The position numbers and the translations under genes were made by a program. From a virus (taxonomy: Duplodnaviria; Caudoviricetes), in the IMG/VR virus record IMGVR_UViG_3300044970_000300, positions 1 through 59,938 of that record: a DNA stretch of 59,938 nucleotides, one strand, 5' to 3'. Position 1 is the stretch's first letter, and every line of letters begins with the position of its first letter. Under the pieces are notes generated by a model. The model did no database searches. It was not told where the DNA came from and saw nothing but the letters and a program-made list of their open reading frames with translations. Below are positions 21,001 through 30,500 of the stretch, one piece after another.

Positions 21001-22317
21001 GCACCAGCACCAACCGCTGGTCAGGTATACAGGAAGGCGACAATCACCTACTCTGAGCCATACGCTCTTGACTCTCAGGTGTTAACACTATCATCATTCA
21101 ATCTCGGCCAGGCCAACTTCGTGGACCTATCGCCAGTTTATGGTGGCATACAGTACATCGTGGACGGTGGAGACTCCATCACGATTCTACAGGAGCGTAA
21201 GTGTTCAGTAGCACCAATCAACAGAAACATCATCGAGTACATCGGTGGTGGTGGCGGTGTTACTGTATCGACCAACTTCATCGGCTCGCAGAGCTTCTAC
21301 GCTGGCGACTACGGTGTCGGTAAGCACCCTGAGTCTGTGGTTAACCATTTCGGTCGCGTGTACTTCGCTGACGTAAATAACGGAAAGGTTATACGCCTCG
21401 GGCCAGACGGAATCACTCCAGTAAGTGAGGAGGGCGTTGATTCGTACATCCAAGACAAGATGAACGGTGCCATAGCACTCGGCGACACGAACTTCAAGTT
21501 TGTCGCTGTTATGGACCCAGAGCGTAGCGAATACATCATCTCGTTCCAGAAGCGTGCTGGTAGCGGTTCATACAATGACGACACCATCGCTTACGACGTG
21601 AAGGCTGGCGCTTGGAGAACTAGATACTCATTCATCCCTGAGTCTGGATGCTACGTAGACAACGTAATGATTACGTTCAAGAACGGTGGCGCTTGGGCTC
21701 ACAAGGATGACTCAACCAGAAATACATTCTACGGCGCGTTCACTGCTAGCTCAATCAAGTTGGTGTCAGCACAGAACAACTCTATGGTTAAGATATTCGA
21801 GGCCGTTAGCGTCGAGGGCAACGCACCGTGGAGCTTCTCAGTTGAAACGAGGGACCAATCAACCGTCACCATCTCATCTATGGACAAGCGTGAGGGTATG
21901 TACTACGCGTCAATCCCCACGGCCACTAGCTCGACCTCAAACATCTTCCCACTCGGTGTTGTGACCAACTCAGACCCGATAGCTGGAGGATTCATCACGA
22001 GCGTAGGCAACTACATCTCAGCCATTCCATTCCCGCTCAATGGGCAGGTTATGGTGGTGTCTGGCGGAGCGCTTGTAGATACGAACCTCACGGTAAGTGG
22101 AGTCGTCAACAAAACATCAATCTCAACCGTTGGAACGACCGTCGTTACCGTGGGTCAGACGATTGCTGTAAAGTCGAACTCTACCGTAGATGGAGACAAG
22201 ATTCGCGGTCCATACGCCGTGATTACACTCACTAACAGCCTAACCACTCCAGTGGAGGCTTACGCATTCAACACGGTGTTCAACCGTTCGATGCTTCACA
22301 ATGAATTAGTTAACTAA
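18046..22317 (+). CDS. tail stabilisation/muzzle-type protein
   Basis: LNKDDD start, NVPQKA..Q...GNRL.YG.Y, GIVYYD.FNR, YGVGKHPESV and YSFIPE motifs of crAss-like/podovirus tail proteins. Confidence 0.75.
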   Translation: MPIDKLTPRYLNKDDDFLVVKSVEMIDAINVHVGDNDEGNADVLKNSRGNTQIVFASGSELPSGTNTVVGSGLNVEKSEVLFAVHNSSGNHSIYHYSTQTNQLRLVYRDSVLGFTALSFVKFDFIVNENGDTLAYFTDGVTDPKKINVSKALLGTGYPYKAAGGYNYTDEEKLVCITVAKQPPLDPPTLAFTNVADQDNFVYDEYFQFAYQYVYEDGEVSALSPYSEIGVNVYQLLDGFITDSAKDLFNAINVTVKHSRADASKIRLLAKSADTLGFFVAGEINNSRTSTTEVITFTNSKLRSYISSLEQNKMYDNVPQKANTQAISGNRLLYGGYTEFYDNVNTNVSISEINTDSGKSVYLSVNPTTASTKYYSPASSIATSKFNFVVGDTINSTSYDSQIILDFQVYSSEVNVLPGGSANIQLTSTETTNYLRVGKLEIDISKQFTLPAYDDLLSGSPDVYARFVNNISGNYNATVTVGQALAQPSGIVHKLKGTAVVNISLDAIDYGSTQISFLVKIVSISLETASGYYNSNAKPIDSSKFISFTLNPTLLNTSYSTEFKQFVTYKNYNSRQYYVSSGRSFKAGQEHKFGIVYYDGFNRSGAVNEIGAKEVSWYSEREVDSKGPVSFQFRVKHNPPSWAKKWQLLYSPFVSYNYALQYSVGEAFCTSLSEKDNVIYVSMGTLDGKSYSYIDSKSPKVEYVFAEGDKLRIVKYESGGENVYVGYEFDILGYEYYDLTNTPVNETIGTQPSDDRRTGWFLKLAENPNAPGFTKADVVTRIEGGIVIDSADFWNKQTVVEIYRPIKQTDVNIYREISEVFDVVNASGTYRHKGDRDYSYTWTSSTSNITVSDGFATTALNIKNGDALVISTTILGVLTSYEVRVSSVKMSGTNRIFSVADANVVGQIGISVPPNGGYSLANITNLTDAVVETFNGDAYYRLRQMNVITNYLTTPQVTTQYEDMFVEDNSITDFADSKFTSIGRPNAPAPTAGQVYRKATITYSEPYALDSQVLTLSSFNLGQANFVDLSPVYGGIQYIVDGGDSITILQERKCSVAPINRNIIEYIGGGGGVTVSTNFIGSQSFYAGDYGVGKHPESVVNHFGRVYFADVNNGKVIRLGPDGITPVSEEGVDSYIQDKMNGAIALGDTNFKFVAVMDPERSEYIISFQKRAGSGSYNDDTIAYDVKAGAWRTRYSFIPESGCYVDNVMITFKNGGAWAHKDDSTRNTFYGAFTASSIKLVSAQNNSMVKIFEAVSVEGNAPWSFSVETRDQSTVTISSMDKREGMYYASIPTATSSTSNIFPLGVVTNSDPIAGGFITSVGNYISAIPFPLNGQVMVVSGGALVDTNLTVSGVVNKTSISTVGTTVVTVGQTIAVKSNSTVDGDKIRGPYAVITLTNSLTTPVEAYAFNTVFNRSMLHNELVN

Positions 22318-22333
22318 TAGGTATCTTTGTATT

Positions 22334-23122
22334 ATGAAGTCCAAGAAATCATACAAGAAGTATATTAGCGGAGGCGCAATCGGAGCTGGTATGCAAGCGG
22401 TTGCTGGTCTCGGCCAAGTCGCATACGGCATCGCAGCCAACAAGAAGGCAAATAAGGAGTTAGAGCGTGTACGTGCGTCTGCACCATCACTCGACACTCC
22501 GTCTGAATACTTCAAGGCGTACAAGGAGTCATACGACCAGAACATTATGAATCGCCAGATGGAGAACGTGAATCGTGCTCTGTCGGGTGGTACTCAGGCT
22601 CTGGGTGCGGCAGGTGGCCGTGCGCTGCTAGGTGGTCTCGGTGCTCTCACCGAAGGCGCAGCACAACAACAGCAGTCCTTGGCCGATATGCAACAGCAGC
22701 GTCAGACTGCGGCTCTGTCTCAGTTGGCAGGCGCTCAGGAGGCCACTATGGGCCGCAAGGAAGGTCGCTACCAGCAGGAGCTTGGCTTCGCGCAGGCCGC
22801 TAAGGAAGCAGCGGTACAGAACATCGCAGGAGGTATCAGTGCCATCGGAGGAGCTGGACTTTCTCTTGCAGCTAATATGCCTAAGAAGGAAGTCCCCAAA
22901 GCCGCTAAGGGTGCTAAAGTAGAGAAGACACCAGGTAAGTTCTCACACAAGGAAAACCCAATCGACATTATGAAGGATGGCGCTAAGATTGGTGAGATGA
23001 CTGGCGGTGAATACATCTTCAACCCGAAGCAGATGAGCAACATCAAGAAGTTCACATCCGCTGGAGACAAAGAGAAACTACACGCATACGTGAAGAGTTT
23101 AATTAAGAAGTTCGAAAAGTAA
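22334..23122 (+). CDS. putative ejection (internal virion) protein
   Basis: Gly/Ala-rich hydrophobic segments, Gln-rich coiled coil, GEMTGGEYIFNP motif; promoter TATCTTTG at 22322-22329. Confidence 0.6.
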   Translation: MKSKKSYKKYISGGAIGAGMQAVAGLGQVAYGIAANKKANKELERVRASAPSLDTPSEYFKAYKESYDQNIMNRQMENVNRALSGGTQALGAAGGRALLGGLGALTEGAAQQQQSLADMQQQRQTAALSQLAGAQEATMGRKEGRYQQELGFAQAAKEAAVQNIAGGISAIGGAGLSLAANMPKKEVPKAAKGAKVEKTPGKFSHKENPIDIMKDGAKIGEMTGGEYIFNPKQMSNIKKFTSAGDKEKLHAYVKSLIKKFEK

Positions 23123-24486
23123 TGGCTTTAAGCACCACAGTATTTAAGGTTCCCGAGTGGGCGGCACAGGGTGCTGCTATGGAGGCCCAAGCCGCTCAGA
23201 AGAGAAAGGAAGAGGCCGAGAAGCGTGAGAAGCTCACGTCCGCTATGGGTATTGACCAAAAGTTTGCTGAGAACCAGTATAAGCTGGTCGGTAAATACAA
23301 GGATGCATCACAGGCCGCATACAACGCCTGGAGAGAGTCTGCAATCGAATTTGAGACGAGCGGTTCTCAGGCTGCTAAGGCGAAGATGGATATGGCTCGT
23401 AATCAGTTCAACCAAGCGTTTGGAATCGGACTGAGTGCATCAGCCACCGCAACCGATGAGCTGAACAAGATGAACTCTGCTAAGGGTGTTGGATACATTG
23501 ATACCCCTGACACCGCCAAGCAGAAGTACAATCAGTTCGCCACTGGCACGATGGAGACCAAAATCGAGAACGGTATCGTTATGGTTAAGGACCCCGACGG
23601 CGCTATGGTCCCCCTGTCTCAGTCTGTGTACTTTCAGCAGGAGCAGAACCCATATAACTCGTTTATGCTGGATAAGGTTGACCCGAACATCAAGTTCGTC
23701 GACCCAGTGGCCGTAGCTCAGCAGGACGCTAAGAACATCTACAACCTGAGCGGTGTAAGAATCGACAACGGTCGTGGTGTTACGTACAACGCTAATGCTG
23801 CCGCAGAGAAGGGATTAGCTCAGCTTAAGATGCGTTACGATTCAGACCCAGAGGTCAAGCGTATGATTGCAACTCGCTGGTACGCCCAATCTAATGGACT
23901 GGACAAGAACCGATTGGGATTTGCTGACTCAGCACAGGTGGACAACCTTATGAACACCGACCCTGCGTTTATGGAAGCAGCGCTTGAAGACTTCGAGAAG
24001 CAGTACGCTGACGCTATTAAGTCGCAGAAGCCAGCCGCACAGGTTGCCGCACCGACCACTGGTGGAAGCAAACCAACGCAGGCTGAACTTGACGCTGCTG
24101 GCGTTCTACAGACCGCTAGTGTCGGAGTACAAAATCAGCGCGGCTCAGGTAAAAAGGTTTACGGCTCATCGTTCTCATTCGCTAACAAGCCAGTTAAACT
24201 TACAGACGCTAGCGACCTGTTCATCACCGACGTTGTGATGGATTCGGCTGGTAACATCATCAACTACAAGCTATACAAAACTTCTAGTGGAGGTCTTGAC
24301 AATACTCCTGGCGGAGACTGGTCAAACGCAAAGAAGGAAGAAGTCGTAGGCGGACTAATAACTAAGTCACAGATGGCTGGACTTAAGTCTGAGCTTATCT
24401 CTAGGGGTCTGTACGACAATATGAGAACTATCTCTGCGTCTGCGAAGCCAAACTACGGAGGTCTTCAGTCCGCTCTAGGCCAGTAA
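23122..24486 (+). CDS. putative ejection protein
   Basis: Helical Ala/Lys-rich protein between two other ejection-type genes. Confidence 0.55.
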   Translation: MALSTTVFKVPEWAAQGAAMEAQAAQKRKEEAEKREKLTSAMGIDQKFAENQYKLVGKYKDASQAAYNAWRESAIEFETSGSQAAKAKMDMARNQFNQAFGIGLSASATATDELNKMNSAKGVGYIDTPDTAKQKYNQFATGTMETKIENGIVMVKDPDGAMVPLSQSVYFQQEQNPYNSFMLDKVDPNIKFVDPVAVAQQDAKNIYNLSGVRIDNGRGVTYNANAAAEKGLAQLKMRYDSDPEVKRMIATRWYAQSNGLDKNRLGFADSAQVDNLMNTDPAFMEAALEDFEKQYADAIKSQKPAAQVAAPTTGGSKPTQAELDAAGVLQTASVGVQNQRGSGKKVYGSSFSFANKPVKLTDASDLFITDVVMDSAGNIINYKLYKTSSGGLDNTPGGDWSNAKKEEVVGGLITKSQMAGLKSELISRGLYDNMRTISASAKPNYGGLQSALGQ

Positions 24487-24524
24487 TAGTTTAGTATATT
24501 TGCATATCGCAGATATACTATGCT

Positions 24525-27500
24525 ATGAACGAAGAACTTAAGGCAATCCTAGAGAAGGCGTACGCCAGCGGAAAGTCATTAGACCAGATATCTAAGGCTA
24601 TGAAGGATAACGGCTTCTCTAACGAGGACGTTGCGTTCGCATCAAGCTTTTACGAGAGTAAAAAAAAAAGACCGACCGATGGGGCATCACGTTCCACTTC
24701 GGCTCAGGAGCCTACTTCTTCGGAGTTACCCGTCTCTAAGAGCTCTATGCCTAAGCCTGACCAGTGGGAGAAAGACTTCCAGCAGGCTCGTATGCAGGCA
24801 ATGGAGACTGGGAAACCCGTTGATTTATTTGCGACACCAACAGGTAAACTCTTATCTGAGGGTATAAAGAAAGACAGCGCCCAGCGTGAGCGCGAGGAAA
24901 TCAGCACCGAGCTGGCATCTAAGATTTCTGGTATTAAGACGGCCGAAGACCTTGAGCGTGTTCGTCCTGAGATTGAGAAGACCTACGTAAAGTACAAGGA
25001 GTTTGACCTTGACAATGCAGCACCTGAGTCCATCTTCAATCAGGATGGTTCGTTCAACGTAGCAGCCACATCGTCGCTCGATTCCGACATCAAGTCATCT
25101 ATGGAGCGTTTCACGGCGGAGCAGAAGCGTTTAGCAGAGAATAGCACGTTCGTCTCTAGAGGTCTTGACGCACTGAGTGCTGGTGTTAATGGATTCATCG
25201 ATATGGCCCTTAAGACGGCCACTCCACCTATGACGGCGGCTACGCTCCAGGCGACTGGTACGACGTTCGGTGAACAAGCCAAGAAGGACCTAAAGAACGT
25301 GTCTCTGGCTAACTATGCCGAGAAGTTCAATATGGGTTACACGCCAGAACAGATTGAGAAGGGTGCGCTCAGTATGGCTATGCAGGGAGATTTCGGTCTA
25401 CTAGGTGTAGATATGCTAGACCAAACCATCAATCTAGCGGTCGGTGTTGCGGCTGGTCCCGCTGGCCTCGTGGCTCTAGGTACTACCGCGGCAGGTAGCG
25501 CGTGGACTGAGGTTATGGATGACAACAGATACAATATGGGGGAGAAGATGCTCTACGCCGTAGGTTCTGGTCTCGCCGAGTACGCAACTGAGAAAATTTT
25601 CGCCTCTGACCTTAAGGCCGTTAGAGGGTTGTTTGGTAGTGCAGAGGATGTAGCTAAGATGTCCAGGAAGGATTTCGGAGACCTATTGTTCAGCAAGCTC
25701 CCAGCACTAGCCCGCCAACCGCTTGAGGAAGGTATGGAAGAGGCCATAGTAGCCACCACTCAGGAGACGTTGAAGGCTGTACTTGCAGGTGAGAAGGTTG
25801 ACTATATGAACATCGCCGAGTCTGCGTTTGTGGGTGCGGCTATGGGTGGTTCTGTAGGTGTAGTTACGAGCGGTCCATCCGCCCTGTTGCAGACTCCAAT
25901 CTTCAAGGATAGAATCGAAATCAGAAACAAAATCTCTGAGATTAACAACCTCATCAACGACCCATCAGTGTCTGAGGACGAGAAGGAGCTTCTCAAGACT
26001 AGACTGAACGAATACGTATCTAAGGAGCGCAAGATGCGTGATGACGCAAAGAACTATTACTCTGCATTCTCTGAGGATGACCTACAACAAACCATCAAGC
26101 TGAATCAGACCATCTCTGATGGGATGAAAAAGTACAACACGCTAACTAGCACGGAGGCTAAGGCTCAGGTCGTAACCGACATCAAGGGAGCTATGGCTGA
26201 GAAAGCTAAAATCGAACAGAAGTATGATAGCAAAGCGCAACAACAAGTACCAGGTACTGTCGTCGAAGGGCAAGCCGTTGAGCAAGCCCAACCTGTCGAA
26301 GGAGCAGGCACTCAAGAGACTCAGGCAGGTGGAGTTCTTCAAGCACCTCAAGAAGTAACTAATGCCGCAGAGAGTCTAGGGTTTAAAGTCAAGAGATTCA
26401 AACTAAATCAAAACACAGTTAGTCAAGCGGTTGACGCTATGAACAGTTTCTTGTCTAACGTATCTGATGAAGTTATATCATCTTATGAAACGACTAGAGA
26501 AAATGTTGGTCTTGGAATCCAAAGTATTCAAAATGTTATTGACTCTTTTGCTAAGTCAAACATTGATGTAAACTTCGTTGCCCACACCACTCCTGAAAGT
26601 ATGCAGGAGCAAACTGGACAGTTGGAGCGCGGCGTACACATATCTTACAAGGACGGCAAGCCTAGTGAGATTCACGTATACATTCCATCTCTGCTATCAA
26701 ACACTGCCTATCACGAGGCTATCCACGAGATAATCCCAAGAACGATGGGTGCTGATGGCGTAAATAGCCTTGCTGATAAACTCAAAAGAGCCGTCAAGAG
26801 AGACCCGCAACTTCAGGCGCGTATGGATAAGTTCCTTGGAGGATATGATGTCACCGAGAACACAAATGACGAATTCCTTACTGAATTGGCTTCCTTAGTT
26901 TCTGCTGGGGATATTGACATAAACATCAAGAAAAGTCTCGCCACTAAGTTCGTTGAAGCGGTTAAGAGCGTATTAGGTATGGCTGGAATTAAAACTCAGC
27001 CTACTACAGCTCAACTGTTTAATGGATTAAATCAAATGGCCAAAGAGCTTGGAGCTGGAATTCAGCTTACTGGAGAGCTTGGCCAAATGGACTTCGAAGC
27101 AGCTAGAGCTCAAAAAATCTCTAAGCCTTCCGAAGATAGAGTTATGGCAGCAGCAAATGCTATTGCAAACAACGTAAACAATAAGTATCCAGAGGCTGTA
27201 GAACAAGAAGTAACTAAGGCCGAAGAGATTGTAGATAAGAGAGGCAAAAAGTATGTTAGCTATGAGGTTAAGCAAGTACCTTACCGCCTTGAGTCTGGTG
27301 CAATGGAATTCTTTGGTGAATCAGCAACTGATGTACTAGTAGATAGGATAGTAAAAGACGTAAATGAAAACCTAAGCAACAAAGAGGTTAGCAATGGAAT
27401 AGGATGGTACTCAAAAATGAGAGATTGGTTCCAGAAGAAATTCGGAGCTAACATCGAGTTATTCGGCCAACTGCTTGCTGCAACTTCGGCAAGAACTCCT

Positions 27501-30500
27501 GTAGATATAAACTTCAGGCAGTCAGTAGATGCTATGCGTCAATTCTCATTGGGTAAGTACGACGATATGCTTAATAGATACCACGATTACGTTAGTGGCA
27601 TCGAATCTATGAGCGATGAGGCTGCGCTTAAAGCGTCTGGATTCAAAAAGAAGTCTCACACTGAGGCAGACGTAATTGATGCTCGTAGAAAGCTCATCAA
27701 CAAGTTTACAGAAGTCCCACTTCAGGGTAACGGAAAGAAGTTTAATGCTAACAGTGCTAAAGTTTTACAGGCTCTTTACGGTAACTGGCTTAATCAGACT
27801 CAAGGACCTAAGACTAAGAACTTTGCTGGCAATTTAACTGGACGTTCTACTGAAGCCACGATTGACGTATGGGCAGCTAGATACCTTAGAAGAATAACTT
27901 ACCAAGGCAACGTCGAGCGCTGGAGAATACATCCTTCTCAGGAAGGCTCAGTCGAGCATACTGTCAATACTAAAGGAGAACTAGGGGGAGATTACTTCTT
28001 CGCAGAATCGGTTATGAGAAAGGCCGCCGATAAACTTGGGTGGCAGGCCGATGACCTTCAAGCTTTCCTTTGGTTCTTGGAGAAAGACGTATGGGATAAA
28101 AACGAATGGACTGGAGTTGTAGGTAAAAAGAAATCATCTTTTGAGGAGGAAGCCGCTAAACTTAAAACTGAGCGCTATCAAGCTGGAGTAACTACATTTA
28201 AGGACTTTGATACTTTCGATAAGAAAGAATATGATAAAGCAAAAAAGGAGCTTTTAGACAGCATTAGAAGCATCAGAGGCGTCGTTGTGGCCAGAGTAAA
28301 TGACTCTGAAGGTGAGTTTTACTCCCCTAGTGGAGATGTGTACACCGAGCCATCATTTGACGTTGAGTTCTCTGTAGAGGAAGGAACTGATGTGTCTTCT
28401 GTTGAGGCTAAGGTTGTAGAGATTGGTAAGCGCTATAACCAAGAAGCGGTTTTGTTTAGCAGAATTAGTGACATCAAAACATCCAAAACAGCACCGATTA
28501 TAGAGATTGGCCTGAAGAGACCAGTTAAAGAATCCAAGACGCTGGACGAGGTCAAGAAAGCTCTTGCTGCGATGGACGTTAAAGGTTTCACTATATCCAG
28601 AGACAGCAGGGGTAATGTGCTAGGTATTCGTACTCAGTTTATCAGTGAGTTCGAAGGAAAGCCCATCTCTGAAGGAGAGGTTATATTCGAAAAAGCAGAG
28701 AGCGAAATAAAGTCAAAGTTTGGCAAAAACGAAGATATTTCGTACATTGAGCGTAACTTTGTTGAGACAAACGTATTTTTTACAGCAAATGAAAAAGAAG
28801 CAGAACTACAGAGTGACACTCAAGCCGCCAGCAGTGGGACTGTCCCAGGAGGACTTGAACCTGCTAGCGCAGTGGTTAGAAAACAGGCAGGTCTTGGGAA
28901 GCCAGGAGAAAACGGAAATCGCCTCGATGCCAGAAGAGAAGGAGTAAAAACATCCTTTGTAAACACCTATAGAACTGCTGATTTCCTTCACAGGGCTATA
29001 AGAGACATCGCATACGGTTCAGGTAATGAATGGGGTTTCTTTGCCCCAAGGGGAACAGTAGTAACCGAAGTAAGGGGCCGCAAGGAACGTGGCGACAGGG
29101 ACGAAAGTAGATATTTCGAAGCTGAACTTAAGTTCGTTAACAGAATCAACAAGACCAGTTCTACGTTTAAGTTTATGTTCCGAATTGCTGACCATACGGT
29201 TCCAGCAGATGAGGCTAGAGCGGAGACTTACGTTGATGATGGTATAGCTACATTTAATAACGGATTTGATATAGCGTTAAACATCTGGAGCCCCAACACG
29301 TATAACGCGGCAGTTCTTCATCTTCAGAAGATGTTCAGAGTTAAGTTGCCTAAGATTGACTCTCAACTGCTTATATCTAACAGTAGAATGTTCCGCCAAC
29401 AGCGTGGAATTATGGACATACTGCGTAGACATTTGATGAGTGGAGCTCAGATGATAGATGGCAAATATGTTCCTGCAATTAGCGAAGAAGACTTTGTTGA
29501 GTTAGCAAATAAAATGGGCATCAGTGATATCCTTGCTAAGACTTTGTACGCAGACATCCTTGACCGAGCTAATGAGATGGAGCAGGCTGACTTCAGTATG
29601 GCGAATGTTAGAAGCCAGTATGAAGAGAGAATCAAGGAGCAGCCTTGGTACAAAGTAGTATTCAGCTTGAACAAAATCAGAACTGCGTTATTCGATAGGC
29701 AGTCAAACATCAAGAAGGCTATACTAAATTCTAGAGTATCAGGGGCATACGATTACTTAGTAAACAAATCTGGAGCTAGCGCTCGAGCTAAATACTTTGT
29801 AAACAAGGCTCATAGAGCTATATACTCTGGCCTTAACAAGTCAGACATCAACAACCTTGATGACATTATCTTCCTTCGCCGCGTAATCGAAATCGACAAA
29901 TCTTTTGACGACAGAAGAGCGGCTATTGTTGACCAGCTTGCAGAGGCGAACATTGAGCTAGAATACGCTCAGTACCGCGTAGACAATATGGCCAGCAACA
30001 TTAGTGTAGATAAGAAAAACAAGCTAAGAGAAGAGCTTTCAAAAGCTAGCGCTGAGGTTGATAGACTAACAAAACTGCTTGATGAGACTCAGCGGCCTAT
30101 GCACACTATGGACCGTAAGTCTGGAGTTACCACAAATAAGGAGATAGCCGAATTAGAGCTTCAAAAGATGTCTAAGACGATTAGCAACTTCGACCTTTTA
30201 AACTCTAGAGCTGATGCATACTTTAATGAGTTTAAAAACATTCTAAACGACCTGTTCAAGAATGGCTTAATCACTAAAGAGCTCTACGATAAGATTAAAG
30301 ACTTTGACTACTCTCCAAGGGTCTTCTTAAATCACGCCTTTGACTTCGGTGATAATGACGTGGCTGTACGTGACTATGGACTTACTGGTGACCAAGTTAA
30401 GAGAATCCGCGAAGGCAGTAACGATGATATCATTTTAGATTCTCAGTTTCTGCTATCGGCTTATGCAGCATCAGCTTCATCTAGAATCCTTAAGAACAGA

